From Octopus sinensis (Eukaryota), in the NCBI RefSeq assembly GCF_006345805.1, contig NC_043001.1, forward strand, positions 30,938,001-31,002,000: a DNA stretch of 64,000 nucleotides, given 5' to 3'. Of the stretch, positions 62,951 through 64,000 are shown piece after piece (within the stretch, counting starts at the first letter, position 1; the number at the start of each line of letters is the position of its first letter). The position numbers were made by a program, and so were the translations under genes. Below the pieces are notes generated by a model. It was not told where the DNA came from, did not search any database, and worked only from the letters and a program-made list of their open reading frames with translations.

Positions 62951-63009
62951 CTGCATAAGTTAGTTCCATCTTGAAGGTAAGCATGGATTTGTTGCATTGC
63001 GCATCCGGG
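62951..63009 (-). CDS. Calponin-homology protein (mp20/myophilin-like), internal exon PGCAMQQIHAYLQDGTNLCR
   Basis: ttttcag acceptor, AG|GTAAAA donor; L(Q/K)DG..LC motif of calponin-family CH domains; phase 2 matches next exon. Confidence 0.85.
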
Positions 63010-63216
63010 CTGAAAATTACGATAGAATTGAAAATATCAATGATTTATCATATTAGTTTAGTAGTTAAACAAATACATGTTTAGGCATTGTCTCCGAGTG
63101 TTCCCGTTCTTGAACTTGAATAAGTTTTTGTTACTCCATGAGCTCTTTGTTCTATTACACACTCGAACACATACTTATAATTATATTTGTGAAGGAAGTT
63201 TCAACAAACAACACAT

Positions 63217-63272
63217 AAATGGCGGTGCCCCAGCAAAATGGCGGTGCCCCAGCAAAATGGCGGTGCCCCAGC
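63217..63272 (+). repeat. Three tandem 19-bp units AAATGGCGGTGCCCCAGCA
   Basis: Direct reading; unit resembles the AAAGGCGGTGCTCCAGCA segment of SINE family A. Confidence 0.85.
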
Positions 63273-63824
63273 ATAATCAAAATCAAAATCAAAATCATAT
63301 ATACGCACACACATACACACTCACGCATTAAGATAACACATGTATACGAATATGCTGTGTGGGGATGGCATGCCAAAAAAATAGACCCAGCATTTCCCCT
63401 GCGTGTCATATAAGACGTTGAGGTGGATTTGCTCTCCGACCTCGTAAAACCCTCACCAGCAGCGACTATCCAAGCAGCCACAATTAGGTTGGATTGGAGG
63501 ATCGTCGACTCAGTGGTGCAAAGGTGTCATCCGCCAGGGGTAGGGAACACCGATAAATGGTGGCTGCAACAGAGCATGAAACCCCCTCCTCCACGCATAC
63601 ACATACATAATAACAATATTAATATAGACACAAGGCCTGGAATTTAGGGGTGGGGCAGGATATAGTCGATCATATCAACTTCAGTACTTGACAAGCACTT
63701 TATTATATTGACTCTGTAAGGATAAAATGTGAAGTCAGGAATTTGAACTAAGAATATAAAGAATCGGAAAAAATACCACTAGGCATTTTGTTTGACTCGT
63801 TAACGATTCTTTCAGATCACCACC

Positions 63825-63885
<61 letters not shown>

Positions 63886-63947
63886 TAATAATAATTATAA
63901 GGCAATCCTTCGTTTTAACTCGACAAAACTAAAACAAACACTCGGTT

Positions 63948-63961
63948 GTTTCCATGACAAC
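63948..63961. promoter_or_regulatory. RFX X-box-like palindrome GTTTCCATGACAAC
   Basis: Fits the GTHNYYATRRNAAC X-box consensus; ETS-like CCGGGAAGT about 20 bp away; at window edge. Confidence 0.35.
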
Positions 63962-64000
63962 TCGACAATTCAAACAACCGGGAAGTTACACAAAAAGTAC

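Noticed and set aside
63155-63481. AAWIVAAGEGF as the missing first CH-domain exon
   Set aside because: Only superficial similarity to WIE..GE.F; no phase-0 donor after it and an upstream in-frame stop.

Overview
AT-rich, repeat-dense eukaryotic genomic DNA; the SINE/LINE landscape looks like an octopus (coleoid cephalopod), which is an inference. There are two spliced protein-coding genes. (1) A FoxM1-like forkhead gene on +, with 7 coding exons: join(28337..29117, 30131..30177, 31139..31306, 33561..33813, 42836..42961, 44841..45005, 48428..49281) = 2394 nt, 797 aa if ATG 28337 is the start. A cell-cycle-type promoter candidate lies near 4.9-5.0 kb. (2) The last three exons of a calponin-homology (mp20/myophilin-like) gene on -, at 63009-62951, 61245-61023 and 60625-60560. 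Mobile DNA includes a triple nest of LINEs in one FoxM1 intron (R4/Dong-like, split by CR1, split by a full-length Tx1/L1-like element). There is also a young non-autonomous LTR element (569-bp LTRs, tRNA-Trp PBS, GATC TSD), a Helitron, piggyBac- and mariner-type MITEs, several tRNA-derived SINE families and many RTE 3' ends. The most unusual signal is a family with a tRNA-like Pol III head and a Penelope-type tail carrying a minimal hammerhead motif. It is present three times, each as a head-to-head palindrome bounded by a single 12-14 bp target-site duplication. Two further Penelope-like hammerhead-type structures occur at about 27.2-27.9 kb and 43.1-43.4 kb. No rRNA, bona fide tRNA gene or CRISPR array was seen. 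All work was by eye; repeat boundaries are approximate unless TSDs are given.
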